Shown: positions 17,026 through 26,353, numbered from the stretch's first letter. The stretch: 64,000 nt of DNA from Candidatus Blackburnbacteria bacterium (GCA_016183565.1 JACPEJ010000001.1:48196-112195); one strand, 5' to 3'. Notes: generated from the letters alone by a model not told the origin. Made by a program: numbers and translations.

Positions 17026-17631
17026 ATGAGGAAGTGGCTAATTTTACTCATCTTTATAATTATCACGCTATTTCTATCTCCGGCTTTGGTTGCAGCTCAA
17101 ACGAACACAGAAAGTGGTGATCACACAGCGCGTGAGGAACAAGAAGGTAAAGAAATTTGGGGTAAGTTACAAGCAAAACAACTTGAGTGTAACAACCTTA
17201 CTGATGAAAACTACGCAGTGCTTGGTGAATATTTTATGGGTCAATCAATCGGTAACACAGAACGACATGCAGCCATGAATCAGATGATGATAAGTATGGT
17301 GGGTGAGCAGGGAGAGGAACAGATGCATGTTGTTATGGGTAAAAGAAATAGTGGTTGTGATACAGGGACGAAGGGAGGTGGAAATCCTATGATGGGATAT
17401 GGTGGTTGGGGTAATATGATGGGGTGGGGATTTGGAATCTTAGGCTGGCTCTTTATGCTTCTGTTTTGGCTGCTTATAATTCTTGGGGTGGTTGCTCTTG
17501 TCCGCTATTTAGGCGGTTCAGGTAAAACTGCTAAAGATGATAAAACTCCTGTGGAGATTCTCAAAGAGCGTTATGCCCGTGGAGAAATTGATAAAAAAGA
17601 GTTTGAAGAGAAGAAAAAAGATTTAGACTAA
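17026..17631 (+). CDS. Met/His-rich secreted or membrane protein with C-terminal SHOCT domain
   Basis: Signal-like N-terminus, Met-rich middle, TM helix, ILKERYARGEIDKKEFEE SHOCT; tataat 6 nt before ATG. Confidence 0.85.
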   Translation: MRKWLILLIFIIITLFLSPALVAAQTNTESGDHTAREEQEGKEIWGKLQAKQLECNNLTDENYAVLGEYFMGQSIGNTERHAAMNQMMISMVGEQGEEQMHVVMGKRNSGCDTGTKGGGNPMMGYGGWGNMMGWGFGILGWLFMLLFWLLIILGVVALVRYLGGSGKTAKDDKTPVEILKERYARGEIDKKEFEEKKKDLD

Positions 17632-17711
17632 AGTTGCGTCGTCTCAATTCCAATAGCGGGTTAAGATTCTTTTACTACGATTTTCTCCTGATCTTTGATA
17701 AAATTGGAAGG

Positions 17712-17864
17712 ATGAATAAAGAAGCTTTAAGACAATTTTTAGTTGACTCAAATAAAGCCGGCTATGCTGGTGGTGAGGAGAAGAAGTGGATTAAAGAGCT
17801 TGGCAGGCTAGTTTACAAGGCAAATTATATTGGTGGTTTGGTAGACCAAAGGAGGGGCGTATAA
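17712..17864 (+). pseudogene. DUF5680-like gene with internal deletion
   Basis: N-terminus LRQFLVDSNKAGYAGG joined directly to C-terminal YKANYIGGLV; only 50 aa. Confidence 0.6.
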
Positions 17865-17868
17865 AAGT

Positions 17869-18065
17869 ATGGCAAAACGAGCATTTTTAATACATGGTTG
17901 GAAAGGATATCCAGAAGAGGGCTGGAGACCTTGGTTAAAGAAAAGTTAGGAGCAGAAGCAATAGATATGCATAATATGAAGCATTTTAGTGGTAATGATG
18001 GGATAAATGAACTTTCAATAGCATTAGATTCAATATCTAACCTTCAACAACTCCACTTGAACTAA
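17869..18065 (+). pseudogene. RBBP9/YdeN alpha/beta hydrolase remnant with internal deletion and frameshift
   Basis: MAKRAFLIHGWKGYPEEGWRPWLKK then, in another frame, EKLGAEAIDMHNMKHFSGNDGINEL; catalytic Ser region absent. Confidence 0.7.
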
Positions 18066-18104
18066 ATCTTTAAAGGCTTTAACTTCATAGAAATTGTAAT
18101 TATC

Positions 18105-18153
18105 TTGACAATCACTATAAGGAGGCTTTATTATTTGAATAATCGTTCAAATA
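18105..18153 (+). promoter_or_regulatory. sigma70 promoter with ArsR/SmtB-type operator
   Basis: ttgaca (18105) - 18 bp - tattat (18129); inverted repeat TATTTGAA-taatcg-TTCAAATA (18132-18153) with TGAA-N6-TTCA core. Confidence 0.75.
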
Positions 18154-18155
18154 CT

Positions 18156-18461
18156 ATGGCAGAGTATCAACAAATAAAGAAGGAATTAAAAAGCAAACAG
18201 AAACTTTTGGCGTGTGCAAAGCAGTTTGGGGTGGTTGGTGATGCTACAAGGCTAAAGATTTGTTACCTTCTTTGCCATTATCCTGAAGTTAGTGTTAGTG
18301 AAATGGCTGTGATATTAGATACCTCTGTTTCTGTCGTCTCCCACAGCGTAAAGAAACTTTTGGACTTGAATTTAGTACAACGGAGAAAAGAAGCTCAAAC
18401 AGTGTACTATTCTCTGACAACTAATGATTTCACTAAGACACTTAAAAACTTTATTACATGA
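18156..18461 (+). CDS. ArsR/SmtB family transcriptional repressor
   Basis: GDATRLKI...SVSEMA...SVVSHS...L..RRKEAQTVYYSL winged HTH; three Cys. Confidence 0.9.
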   Translation: MAEYQQIKKELKSKQKLLACAKQFGVVGDATRLKICYLLCHYPEVSVSEMAVILDTSVSVVSHSVKKLLDLNLVQRRKEAQTVYYSLTTNDFTKTLKNFIT

Positions 18462-19066
18462 CTATTTCAGCGCTTAAATGGGGTATTTTCTCAGCCCTCT
18501 TGGCCTCCTTATGTTGTATCGGCCCCTTAGTCTTAATTTTATTTGGTGTGGGTGGAGCCTCAACAGCGTTAGCCATTGGCTACCGCAAGCCGTACTTTCT
18601 GTTTTTTGGTTTAACAGTGCTTATTATTGGATTAGCTTTCCTCTATTGTAAAAGTTGTAGTACGACAAAGTTAAACAGGAAACAGCAAGTATTCGTCTTT
18701 GGAGGTTCATTTCTGGTTGCGGCATTATTATATTACCTTTTGACCTATGTGGTAGTGCCAGCAGTTGCTCCACTGGTCTATCAGTCCAAAAGTGTTTCAA
18801 GCATACTAAGCTCTTTTTCAAATAGTAGACCCCACAAGACAACACTCAGAATAGATGGGATGTGGTGTACCTCATGTGCAGTAAGCGCGCAATATAGCTT
18901 AAAGAGTCTTCCTGGTGTTACTGACGCTTATGTTGGCTTTACGAAAAACCTTGATGGTGAAGGTTGGGTTATTTACAAACAGGATAAGGTTAGCAAGGAA
19001 CAAATTATTAAAGCAATTGAACCATATAAAGCAGTGATTACATCTGATATTGTGTACACTAAATAA
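18458..19066 (+). CDS. MerT-like mercuric transporter fused to HMA (MerP-like) domain
   Basis: ASLCCIGPLVL in TM1, three TM helices, C-terminal GMWCTSC. Confidence 0.85.
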   Translation: MTISALKWGIFSALLASLCCIGPLVLILFGVGGASTALAIGYRKPYFLFFGLTVLIIGLAFLYCKSCSTTKLNRKQQVFVFGGSFLVAALLYYLLTYVVVPAVAPLVYQSKSVSSILSSFSNSRPHKTTLRIDGMWCTSCAVSAQYSLKSLPGVTDAYVGFTKNLDGEGWVIYKQDKVSKEQIIKAIEPYKAVITSDIVYTK

Positions 19067-19080
19067 AGACACAAAATATT

Positions 19081-19770
19081 ATGACAAAACTTTTTACATC
19101 AATTAATGAATGTCGTCGCTCGCCTCAAGGCGAATGCACATTTCATAAAAAGACTGAGATAAACCGAGTAATTCTGCTTCTTATTGGTATTGAACTGTTC
19201 TTTGTTTCTATTTTCGCACTGGCCGGCCCTTTTGTGTCAGTTTTCATCGCCCAAGGCATTAGCGGCGGTGCTATTTCGATAGTTGGCATTGCCTCAATGA
19301 TATTTCTTATAACGAAATCGACTCTTCAAATTCCCTTCTCGCATTTAGTTGATAAGACGGCCAAAGAAAATTCTATTGTCGGCATCCTTTCTCTTGGATA
19401 TGCCACTATGGCCCTGTGTCCTCTTATTCTTGCATTTAGTACGGCAACATGGCACGTATTTGTTGCGCAATTTTTTTGCGGACTTGGCAACGCCCTATCG
19501 TATCCTTCTTGGAATGCTTTGTTTACGCACCACATTGATCAAAAACAGGCTGCATTTGAATGGAGTATTTACGACACTATAATTGGGTTGAGCAGCGCTG
19601 GCGCGGTGGCTCTTGGCGGATTTTTAATTGACAAGACAAGCTTTCAAGCGGTCTTTCTTGTCACGGGTTTTATTATTCTCTTGAGTTCATTTCTACCGCT
19701 TGTTTTTTATAAGCGTTTTGGTAACAGCCATACACATAGTTGGAAAAATAAGAATAGTGCTCTAAACTAA
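19081..19770 (+). CDS. Half-size (about 6 TM) MFS transporter
   Basis: MFS motif A-like FSHLVDKT, six hydrophobic segments, Cys-containing N-terminal extension. Confidence 0.75.
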   Translation: MTKLFTSINECRRSPQGECTFHKKTEINRVILLLIGIELFFVSIFALAGPFVSVFIAQGISGGAISIVGIASMIFLITKSTLQIPFSHLVDKTAKENSIVGILSLGYATMALCPLILAFSTATWHVFVAQFFCGLGNALSYPSWNALFTHHIDQKQAAFEWSIYDTIIGLSSAGAVALGGFLIDKTSFQAVFLVTGFIILLSSFLPLVFYKRFGNSHTHSWKNKNSALN

Positions 19771-19774
19771 ATAT

Positions 19775-19846
19775 ATGGAAAATTTTGACTTAATTATTAT
19801 CGGCGGTCCGCCCCGAAAGGGCGAGACTCGCCCAATAAATTTATGA
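19775..19846 (+). pseudogene. 5' fragment of a second FAD-dependent oxidoreductase (merA-like start)
   Basis: MENFDLIIIGG then palindromic ccgccccgaaagggcgagactcgccc; stop overlaps merA ATG. Confidence 0.6.
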
Positions 19847-21240
19847 GATACGACTTAATAATTGTGGGCGGTGGGGCAGGAGCATTTGCGGCGGCGATTA
19901 AGGCTAATGAGCTAAAGGCTAAAACCTTGATGGTTAATCAGGGTCTTCCTCTGGGTGGAACCTGTGTGAATGTTGGCTGTGTCCCATCAAAAACTTTACT
20001 TTGGGCAGGAGAAGTAATGCATCTTGCCAAAAATCACAATATTCCAGGAATTGATATAGAAGTTAAAAACTTCGATTTTGCAACTGTTGTTGCTCATGAA
20101 CTTGATCTGGTAGCGAAATTAAGAGATGAAAAGTATGAGAAAGTCTTAAATGGTTTAGAAAATGTTACCCACATAGAAGGTAAAGCTAGTTTTGTTACCC
20201 CTAACGAGATTGAAGTTAACGGTCAAACGTATCAAGCTGAAAAATTTATTATTGCAGCCGGATCAACTGCAACTATACCGCCAATTGAGGGAATTAAAGA
20301 AGTAGGCTATTTAACCCATATAGAGGCTCTAAAGATTAAGAATCAGCCAAAGGAACTGATTGTTATTGGAGCAGGACCAGTTGGTCTTGAGTTTGCTCAA
20401 ATGTATGCTCGTTTTGGCACGAAGGTGACGATTCTTCATCGTGGATCGTCTATATTTCGAGGCGAGGAAGAATTGACCACAAAATTGGCAAAGATACTAA
20501 CCGATGAGGGGATTATGATTAAAACAGGCGTACAGGTGCAATCTACTCGCAAAGAGGACGACAAAAAGGTTGTTTCCTATCTTGTTGAAGGAAAACAGGA
20601 AGAAATGGCCGCAGATGAAATCTTACTTGCTGTTGGGAAAACTCCCAATACCCAAGAACTGAATCTTGATAAAGCTGGCGTTGAACTTGATGAAAAACAA
20701 GCCATTAAAGTTAATCCGCAGTTTCAAACCTCTCAATCTCGTATTTATGCAGTTGGAGACATTACCAATGCTCCACTTCGCCTTGAACCAACTGCCGGAC
20801 GGGAGGGAACATTAGCTACTGAAAACGCTCTAAAAAGTACGCAAAACAGCATTGATTACAATACTGTTCCCTGGACTATCTTCACTGACCCACAACTGGC
20901 AGGGGTTGGGTTTACAGAAGAAGAGCAAATGAAAAGGTTCGGCACTTGTATGTGTAAAACAGTATCGTTTAAAGATATTCCCAAAGCCATAATCATCAAC
21001 CGAACCGAAGGACTAATCAAAATGGCAATTCATCCTGAAACTAAACAGATTATGGGAGTGCATATCTTAGCTCCCAATGCAGGTGAGCTCATTGCAGAAG
21101 CTATGGTACTTATCAAAAATAAAAATACTATTGATGATGTCATAGACAGTTTGCCTGTCTTTCCTACTCTTTCAGAAAGCATAAAAATTGCTGCTTTGTC
21201 ATTTACTGCTGATATTAATAAACTAAGCTGTTGTGTTTAA
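19843..21240 (+). CDS. merA: Mercuric reductase (no NmerA domain)
   Basis: GGTCVNVGCVPSK redox centre, R.EKY, FPTLSE, C-terminal vicinal LSCCV. Confidence 0.93.
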   Translation: MRYDLIIVGGGAGAFAAAIKANELKAKTLMVNQGLPLGGTCVNVGCVPSKTLLWAGEVMHLAKNHNIPGIDIEVKNFDFATVVAHELDLVAKLRDEKYEKVLNGLENVTHIEGKASFVTPNEIEVNGQTYQAEKFIIAAGSTATIPPIEGIKEVGYLTHIEALKIKNQPKELIVIGAGPVGLEFAQMYARFGTKVTILHRGSSIFRGEEELTTKLAKILTDEGIMIKTGVQVQSTRKEDDKKVVSYLVEGKQEEMAADEILLAVGKTPNTQELNLDKAGVELDEKQAIKVNPQFQTSQSRIYAVGDITNAPLRLEPTAGREGTLATENALKSTQNSIDYNTVPWTIFTDPQLAGVGFTEEEQMKRFGTCMCKTVSFKDIPKAIIINRTEGLIKMAIHPETKQIMGVHILAPNAGELIAEAMVLIKNKNTIDDVIDSLPVFPTLSESIKIAALSFTADINKLSCCV

Positions 21241-21258
21241 ATTATAAGGGGGTGAAAA

Positions 21259-21666
21259 ATGGAAACTAAAAACATTCTTATTGGTGTAGTGGTTGTATTA
21301 GTTGTTATAGGTGGCGGATATTGGCTACTTTACGGACAAAAAGGAAGTACGTCCCCTACCAACACTCAAACTCCCACAACTGAACCAAACAAAAACATTG
21401 TGACAGTGGAATATTCAGGACAAGGATTTAGTCCGAATTCCATAGTAGTAAAGTCAGGAACTGTGGTTACTTGGGTGAATAAGGGTAGTGATGCAATGTG
21501 GGTAGCATCCAATCCGCACCCGGTTCATACTAACCTTTCAGGGCTTGATGCGCTCAAAGGCACACCTATCGGAGGATCGTATTCATATACCTTTACCAAA
21601 GTCGGAAAATGGGAATACCACAATCACCTTGCACCCAGTAAAACAGGCGAGGTTGTTGTAGAGTAG
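21259..21666 (+). CDS. Membrane-anchored cupredoxin-like protein
   Basis: N-terminal TM; GFSP.sivVKsGtvVTWvN; ASNPHPVHT; YHNH. Confidence 0.8.
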   Translation: METKNILIGVVVVLVVIGGGYWLLYGQKGSTSPTNTQTPTTEPNKNIVTVEYSGQGFSPNSIVVKSGTVVTWVNKGSDAMWVASNPHPVHTNLSGLDALKGTPIGGSYSYTFTKVGKWEYHNHLAPSKTGEVVVE

Positions 21667-21670
21667 TGGC

Positions 21671-23143
21671 ATGAAACTTATTGATAATTTATTAAACGGT
21701 ATTACTATGTACCGGTTAATGCTCTATTACCTCTCCCTCCTTTTTGGTGTGGCAATTATTTTGAGCTTCTTGCAGATTCTCCCGTACAATCCTTGGGGTA
21801 TTTTTGTCAGCGGTTTTTATATTATTGCAATGTGTTATGCAACAAACCAGTTGTTTGCTTATCTATTTAAAGTAAAACCAAATTATGAATCACAGTTTAT
21901 TACCGGACTTATTTTGTCTTTGATAATCGGTCCATTGCCGCTTTTGCCAAATATACTTTTTTTAACCGTTACTCCGATTCTGGCTATGGCATCAAAATAC
22001 ATTATCAACTTCCAAAAACAACATATTTTTAATCCTGCCGCATTCGCAGTAGTTGCTGCCGCAATCTTCTTGGGCAAGGGGGCAAGTTGGTGGATAGGAA
22101 ATACGGTAATGGCCCCTTTTGTTATTCTTGGCGGAGTTATTCTGCTTCGCAAAATCCACCGGTTTGACTTAAGTTTGGGATTTCTTATACCATACCTTCT
22201 TTTCTACCCCCAAACACTTCTTGCTTCCCCAATGTTCTTTTTTAGTTTTGTCATGTTAACCGAGCCTCTCACTTCACCTGCTAATAGAAATTTTCGTATG
22301 TACTATGGTATTTTCACCGCTCTGGTATTTATCATGCTTCTAAAGATTACACCTTTTCCTTACACGTTAGAACTTTCATTGCTCATCGCCAACGTAGTAG
22401 GAAGAGTAGTCAGATTTAATACTAAATATACTTTAACATTGAAACGAAAAAAGGAAATTGCGCCAACCATCTGGGAATTTTTCTTTGAACCGCTGCGTCC
22501 GTTTCAATTTATTGCCGGACAATTTCTTGAGTGGAGTTTGCCACATAAAGGCGCAGATAGCAGAGGGACCCGTAGATTCTTTACCATTGCTTCAAGCCCG
22601 ACAGAAAAAGAAATTTTGTTAACTGTCAAAATTCCTGCAAAACCAAGTAGTTTTAAGTCTGCCCTAAAGGATTTGCCAGTTGGTGAGAGTGTTTATACAA
22701 CAAGTCTTGAAGGTGATTTTACCGAACCAAAAGAGAAAGATGAAAATTATGTCTTTATTGCGGGAGGGATTGGGATAACACCATTTCGAAGTATTATTAA
22801 ACATTTACTGGATACCAATACGCAAACTCATATAACTCTTTTTTACTCTGCCCGTGTGCCGTTGGAATTTGTCTTTAAAGACATCTTTTCAGAAGCGGAG
22901 AGGAAAATAGGACTAAAAATTGTGTATATAGCTTCAGAAAAACCACGGGGAAATTGGCCAGGTGAAGTTGGGCATATTGATGAACAGATGATTAGAAGAC
23001 ATGTTAAAGATGCTCTGTTGAGTTTTTATTATATCTCCGGACCAGCGGCAATGGTGTTAGCAATAGAGAAAGTGCTTGTTGATATGGGAATCCAAAAATT
23101 ACATATTCGAACAGACTATTTTCCGGGCTATACTACAACGTAG
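21671..23143 (+). CDS. RnfD/NqrB-like membrane domain fused to FAD/NAD-binding ferredoxin-reductase domain
   Basis: HIFNPAA, MLTEPLTSP; RxFTIASSP, FIAGGIGITPF, YISGP, C-terminal DYFPGY. Confidence 0.85.
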   Translation: MKLIDNLLNGITMYRLMLYYLSLLFGVAIILSFLQILPYNPWGIFVSGFYIIAMCYATNQLFAYLFKVKPNYESQFITGLILSLIIGPLPLLPNILFLTVTPILAMASKYIINFQKQHIFNPAAFAVVAAAIFLGKGASWWIGNTVMAPFVILGGVILLRKIHRFDLSLGFLIPYLLFYPQTLLASPMFFFSFVMLTEPLTSPANRNFRMYYGIFTALVFIMLLKITPFPYTLELSLLIANVVGRVVRFNTKYTLTLKRKKEIAPTIWEFFFEPLRPFQFIAGQFLEWSLPHKGADSRGTRRFFTIASSPTEKEILLTVKIPAKPSSFKSALKDLPVGESVYTTSLEGDFTEPKEKDENYVFIAGGIGITPFRSIIKHLLDTNTQTHITLFYSARVPLEFVFKDIFSEAERKIGLKIVYIASEKPRGNWPGEVGHIDEQMIRRHVKDALLSFYYISGPAAMVLAIEKVLVDMGIQKLHIRTDYFPGYTTT

Positions 23144-23194
23144 AACGTTCTGGACAACGTACACTCTTACATTGACAATTAGCCTTAAATATAC

Positions 23195-23276
23195 AACTCG
23201 TTTCAAAACTTATAGATTGGTCTTGTTAAATTTTTTGAGATGAGATTGGAGAAGCTGTTTTGAAACAGCTTCATAG
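23195..23276. repeat. MITE-like remnant sharing a 37-bp core with 43615-43651
   Basis: gtttcaaaac/gttttgaaac inverted pair; core atgagattggagaagctgttttgaaacagcttcatag (35/37 identical to second copy). Confidence 0.6.
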
Positions 23277-23288
23277 TTTCTGATATTA

Positions 23289-23879
23289 TCACAAGTTTCG
23301 CACTTTGCAACACTGGAAAGTTGCCAGATAAGCCCCCCTGCCAACTCCTCGGCCTTGACGACCTACTTCCTCTCGGATGTACATTGCTCGCTCAAAGGTG
23401 GGAATGGGTGTAAGGTCATTATCTTGAATATCCGCCCCAGGAATAGTCGCAGATGTGCCTGGTCTACCTTCAACATAAGATCCAACTATAGTAAGGCAAT
23501 TGTTCTCCCGTCTCCAAACAACAGCGTAAGGCCCTTCTCGACTCATACTTGCCCACTCGCTTGGTGAAAGTCCAATTTTTATTTTAATCTTAACCAGTTC
23601 GACCTCTCCCGCATTGGAACGTTCTTTTAATAATTGAAGTGCCCTTACTGCATCCTCGTTTGAATCAAAAGGAGTAATATCATTCATAGCTACAACAGAG
23701 CACCCCTCTCTGCCAAATCCCGTATCTTTACCAAAAAGAACTCTTCTCGCGCCTAGTGTGTCGCTTAAATCTTGCACCACACAAAACAATCCCTCTACTT
23801 CAAGGTAGCCCTGCTCTTTCCATTCCACTTTCAAATGTTTTTCTGCTGTCGTTTGGCAAGTATACAGTAATTTACCCAA
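23289..23879 (-). CDS. Hypothetical protein
   Basis: 196-aa ORF, no recognised motif. Confidence 0.55.
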   Translation of the reverse strand: MGKLLYTCQTTAEKHLKVEWKEQGYLEVEGLFCVVQDLSDTLGARRVLFGKDTGFGREGCSVVAMNDITPFDSNEDAVRALQLLKERSNAGEVELVKIKIKIGLSPSEWASMSREGPYAVVWRRENNCLTIVGSYVEGRPGTSATIPGADIQDNDLTPIPTFERAMYIREEVGRQGRGVGRGAYLATFQCCKVRNL

Positions 23880-24114
23880 TTTACATACTATAAAAAATTG
23901 CTGCTCCCATCTTACTTTATCAATTCCATAATTGGTTTACTAATTCGTCAATGTATAAAAAGAGAGAAAGAAATAGTTTTGAATTAGCGTATTTCCACTC
24001 TCCAGCCAGGTGGGCTGTGTGGCTTTTTAGAACACCGGCTTCAAGTACTTGCCTATCTTTTCGGGTAAATCTGTGGTATAATTGTATTTATTAGAGCAGA
24101 TCTGTTTCTTCAAT

Positions 24115-24342
24115 ATGAGTAACCCCTGTACACGTTGTGGAAATGAACGCATTGTATCTAAAACTTGGAAAGAAGTTGTCGTGTCTTATGGAAGAACAAC
24201 TACCATAACTCATGCCCAGTTTGTTTGTATTGATCCGAAGTGTCAAAAGATAGTGGAGAGTGAACTTCTTGCACAAAAAGAAAAGCGTGAAGCTTTGGCA
24301 AATCAAAAAGAGCTTGAGAAGCAAGCCCGTGCAAAACATTAG
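24115..24342 (+). CDS. Small zinc-ribbon protein
   Basis: NPCTRCG...CIDPKCQ; extended -10 tgtggtataat upstream. Confidence 0.75.
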   Translation: MSNPCTRCGNERIVSKTWKEVVVSYGRTTTITHAQFVCIDPKCQKIVESELLAQKEKREALANQKELEKQARAKH

Positions 24343-24362
24343 TTCTAAACATCTTTCAAATT

Positions 24363-25127
24363 TTACTTAGAATTTTTTCTTACAAAACCTTCGAAAGCAC
24401 GGAGTATTTCTAAAGGAGTTACAAATACTATTGTGTTGTTTTTGTCAGCCGATAACTCAGAAAGGGTTTGGAGTGTGCGAACATGTAATCCCCCGGGGGT
24501 TTTTGCAAGTTGTGAAGCAGCTATTGCGATATTTTCTGCCGCAGCCTTTTCACCATCAGCTCTGATAACAATAGCTCGCCTTTCTCTTTCTGCCTCAGCC
24601 TGACGAGCAATTACTCGTTTCATCTCGTCAGGAAGAATAATATCTTTTAATTCTACTGATTCAACCTTAACCCCCCAAGGATCGGTTGCTTTATCAATAA
24701 TCTGCTGAATTTTATCAGCGACTTCGTTTCGCTTAGAAAGCAAATCGTCAAGTGATGTCTCTCCGATTACGTTCCTCATTGTAGTCTGGGCTAGTTGAGA
24801 AACAGCATAATAAAAATTCTCTACTTCCAAAACAGCTTTTTGGGCTGTTTCTATGCGGTAGTAAATTACAGCATTAACTCGTGCGGAAACATTGTCCCGG
24901 GTGATTGCTTCCTGATCTGGTACATCAACTGCCTTTACACGAATATCGATTTTTTGCCAGCTTTCAATGATTGGCCAAACAATTCGCCAGCCGGGCACCA
25001 TCTCATCCCTAAATTTTCCAAAGCGAAAGCGCACTCCCCGCTCATATTGGTTGACTTGTTTAATTGAGGCAATTACCACAAAGAAGAAGGATACAATAAA
25101 GAGCCCTGGGCCAAGTAAGAATTCCAT
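24363..25127 (-). CDS. SPFH/band 7 (stomatin-like) protein
   Basis: QYERGVRFRFG, QEAITRDNV, AQTTMRNVIG, WGVKVESVE, QAEAERERRA. Confidence 0.95.
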   Translation of the reverse strand: MEFLLGPGLFIVSFFFVVIASIKQVNQYERGVRFRFGKFRDEMVPGWRIVWPIIESWQKIDIRVKAVDVPDQEAITRDNVSARVNAVIYYRIETAQKAVLEVENFYYAVSQLAQTTMRNVIGETSLDDLLSKRNEVADKIQQIIDKATDPWGVKVESVELKDIILPDEMKRVIARQAEAERERRAIVIRADGEKAAAENIAIAASQLAKTPGGLHVRTLQTLSELSADKNNTIVFVTPLEILRAFEGFVRKNSK

Positions 25128-25166
25128 GTTAGGTAAATCTTACACCAGAACAGCTTTGTTGTCTAT

Positions 25167-25547
25167 CTAGGGGGTGTTCTCTTTGAACTCTAGAAGATAT
25201 CCGAAACCTAAGGGAATAATGAAGATAATTAAGTAAGTAACACCTATGTCTTTTATATAATCCGAAAGAGACATTTTCATAGGGCCCCAGGAAAACATTA
25301 AAGAGTCAAGAAGTAGATTGATTGCAAGCCAGATTATTCCCAGACACAAACCCTGCATAACAAATCCCTTTTTAACCCTCTTGAGATAAAAATATGAAGC
25401 AGCAACTGTTGTGAGTGTTAAAACAACAGGCATGATTGATTCAAACAGAGGTCGTTCGGTTGCACGAAGAGGAAAGACAAGTATTGCTACTGTGAAGGTA
25501 AATGCCCAAATGACAACACCCAAAAGAATTGCTGTTTTGTGATTCAT
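25167..25547 (-). CDS. Four-TM membrane protein
   Basis: Hydrophobic profile; GIIWLAINLLLD...MSLSDYIKDIG. Confidence 0.7.
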   Translation of the reverse strand: MNHKTAILLGVVIWAFTFTVAILVFPLRATERPLFESIMPVVLTLTTVAASYFYLKRVKKGFVMQGLCLGIIWLAINLLLDSLMFSWGPMKMSLSDYIKDIGVTYLIIFIIPLGFGYLLEFKENTP

Positions 25548-25639
25548 CTTTTGCTCTTGAAAAGATCGTTATTATCCTTATTAACTTTATCCTCAACGTA
25601 TGAATCAATAAGTGTTTATTCTTTGTTTACTGGTGACAC

Positions 25640-25799
25640 TAATTACTTTACAACCAGTACCCAAAACGGCCCTCTTGAGGCATTGGCAAGTGGCACTGGT
25701 GGCGTGAATGGTGTATATAAATATGGTTCGGCTGGTGCATTCCCAACTTCATCGTGGAAAAACAGTAATTATTGGGTGGATGTGGTTTTTGTTAAGTAG
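25640..25799 (+). pseudogene. C-terminal fragment of a DUF4082-domain protein
   Basis: NGPLEALA...NGVYKYG...FPTSSW..SNYWVDVVF; upstream part missing. Confidence 0.7.
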
Positions 25800-25976
25800 A
25801 CTTCCTTATCCTCTTTTTGATATAAGTACCTGAAAATTCTGCTTACCTTTTTCTTACATGTGTTTCACTGCTTTCTCAACCCAACCATTTAGCATGGCTT
25901 ACAGTATGCTCGGACGTAAACATTTAGAAACAAAGATTCGCAGTCTTGGAATGGCAGGAGGGGGTGAGTAAACATA

Positions 25977-26228
25977 ATGGGGTTACTACTTTGGATTATT
26001 TTTGGTGCGTTAGTAGGTTGGGTGGCATCCCTTGTAATAGGAACAAACAAATCGCAAGGGATATTGATGGATGTTGCACTGGGTCTTTTAGGCGCTCTTG
26101 TAGGGGGACTGGTTATGAATTTTTTTCTAGGAACTCCTGGTATAACTGGTTTTAATATTTCAAGTTTTATAGTTTCACTTTTGGGCGCAATGGCTTTAGT
26201 GTGGATTGGAAGACGATTGCTGGTTTAG
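25977..26228 (+). CDS. GlsB/YeaQ/YmgE (transglycosylase-associated) membrane protein
   Basis: WIIFGALVGWVAS...GLLGALVGG...GFNISSFIVSLLGA; SD ggagggggtga. Confidence 0.9.
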   Translation: MGLLLWIIFGALVGWVASLVIGTNKSQGILMDVALGLLGALVGGLVMNFFLGTPGITGFNISSFIVSLLGAMALVWIGRRLLV

Positions 26229-26353
26229 ATACTTAGGAAAGAACAACAAGGGTGCCTTTTTGAGAAGGTGTGTTTGGGTGTGGTTACGGATCACTTTTAA
26301 GCAAGTTATATACTATATTATTAGATCCAATTCTATACTAAACTAATAAAGTT

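Noticed and set aside
7124-23300. Integrase/recombinase or transposase gene for the island
   Set aside because: No ORF with tyrosine (R-H-x2-R-Y), serine recombinase or DDE motifs found; the excisionase-like HTH has no resolvase domain
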